Of a stretch of 64,000 nucleotides of DNA, positions 62,988-64,000 are shown piece by piece. This DNA comes from an uncultured Bacillota bacterium (GTDB lineage: Bacteria > Bacillota_I > Bacilli_A > ML615J-28 > CAG-313): assembly GCA_946611195.1 (NCBI GenBank), contig CAMODB010000001.1, positions 33,122 to 97,121 of the forward strand, written 5' to 3'. Position 1 is the first letter of the stretch, and each line of letters starts with the position of its first letter. The position numbers and the translations under genes were made by a program. The notes beneath the pieces were generated by a model that worked only from the letters and a program-made list of their open reading frames with translations, was not told the DNA's origin and ran no database searches.

Positions 62988-64000
62988 ATGATAAAAAGAC
63001 ATATTGAAAAAGTAATTACTGAAGCAATAAAGCATTTTCCTGTAATTCTTGTTACAGGACCAAGACAAATTGGAAAATCAACATTATTATATAATTCATT
63101 CTTATCTAAAGGATTTTCATATGTCTCTCTTGATGATCAATTAGAATTGTTAACTGCTAAGTCTGATCCAAGAAGTTTCTTAGAAATTCATCAGAGTCCA
63201 ATTATTATTGATGAGGCTCAAAAAGCGCCAGAATTATTACTTGAAATTGAAAGAATTGTAAACAAATCACGATTAGAAAAAGGAAATAAAGAAAGTAATG
63301 GCCTTTATATTTTATCAGGATCACAAAGAAAGGTATTATTGGATGAAGCAAAGGAATCTTTGTCAGGTAGAGTTGGAATTATTGATATGAATAATTTGTC
63401 TATAAACGAAATTATGGAATCTGATGAAGGACCATTTACTTTGGATTTAAGTAATTTAAATAAAAGAGCAAATAGATTTTATATCAATGAAAGTGAAGCG
63501 TTTCAATATATAGTTCGAGGCTTTTTCCCAGTATTATATGATGATACTAAAATGAACACACAATTATTTTATTCATCATATATAACAACATATATTGAAA
63601 AGGACATTAAAGAATTGATAAATATTAGTGATGAAATAAAATTCATAAAGTTTTTGCGAATACTTGCATCTAATATTGGTCAAGAATTGATATATGAAAA
63701 CTATTCAAATCAAGTTGGCGTTTCCGCAAATACAATTAAATCATGGATTGCAACTTTAGAAAAAACGGCAGTAATTTATTTAGTTGAACCTTATAATGAT
63801 GAATCAATAGTTAAAAGAGTAGTTAAAAGACCTAAAATGTATTTTTTTGATACTGGACTTGCTGCATATCTATGTGGAATTGATAGTGCTGAAACATTAA
63901 ACAATAGTTTTTTAAAAGGACGTTTTTTTGAAGCTTTTATTTTTAATGAAATTAAAAAAGCATATATGAATGCAGGAATAGATCAAAAATTATATTATTA
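62988..64000 (+). CDS. AAA+ ATPase of the AAA_14/DUF4143 family (3'-truncated by window end)
   Basis: RBS AAAAAGGAG lies 8 nt before ATG 62988. ILVTGPRQIGKSTLL Walker A near the N-terminus is typical of this family. The reading frame is open to the end of the window. Confidence 0.75.
   Translation, partial: MIKRHIEKVITEAIKHFPVILVTGPRQIGKSTLLYNSFLSKGFSYVSLDDQLELLTAKSDPRSFLEIHQSPIIIDEAQKAPELLLEIERIVNKSRLEKGNKESNGLYILSGSQRKVLLDEAKESLSGRVGIIDMNNLSINEIMESDEGPFTLDLSNLNKRANRFYINESEAFQYIVRGFFPVLYDDTKMNTQLFYSSYITTYIEKDIKELINISDEIKFIKFLRILASNIGQELIYENYSNQVGVSANTIKSWIATLEKTAVIYLVEPYNDESIVKRVVKRPKMYFFDTGLAAYLCGIDSAETLNNSFLKGRFFEAFIFNEIKKAYMNAGIDQKLYY

Overview
This 64-kb window is AT-rich (about 28-30% GC) chromosomal DNA from a low-GC Gram-positive-type organism that uses the standard genetic code. 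Long Trp-containing proteins such as fusA and recG are intact, so TGA is not read as Trp. The many SPase-II lipoproteins, the standard code, a probable PPi-type phosphofructokinase and Bacillus-like synteny point to an Acholeplasma/Erysipelotrichia-like wall-less Firmicute relative; this lineage assignment is inference. Most of the window is core housekeeping. It holds a complete F1Fo ATP synthase operon (atpI-B-E-F-H-A-G-D-C) and the str operon (rpsL-rpsG-fusA-tuf) with a consensus promoter and terminator. It also holds ychF, tatD, yhaM, gmk-rpoZ, and a compressed Bacillus ylo-region lacking prkC/prpC: rqcH, nth-dnaD, rnc, recG, fakA, rpmB, thiN, rpe, rsgA, rlmN, rsmB. Further core genes are lgt, eno, ung, pfk and pdxK. 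Accessory-looking content is a tandem pair of giant paralogous lipoproteins at the 5' end and a 1078-aa modular GH18 lipoprotein in an operon-like run with an MFS transporter. A solitary 1523-aa DUF4011 / SF1B-helicase / PD-(D/E)xK-nuclease fusion has its own extended -10 promoter. There is also a MerR / lipoprotein / HPr-kinase-like P-loop island, and a 3'-truncated AAA+ (DUF4143-type) ATPase preceded by tandem palindromes. The non-coding feature I rate highest is a 4 x 33-bp G-tract tandem repeat array bracketed by two nearly identical 24-25-nt palindromic hairpins between tuf and tatD. I saw no transposase, integrase, CRISPR array, rRNA or convincing tRNA.
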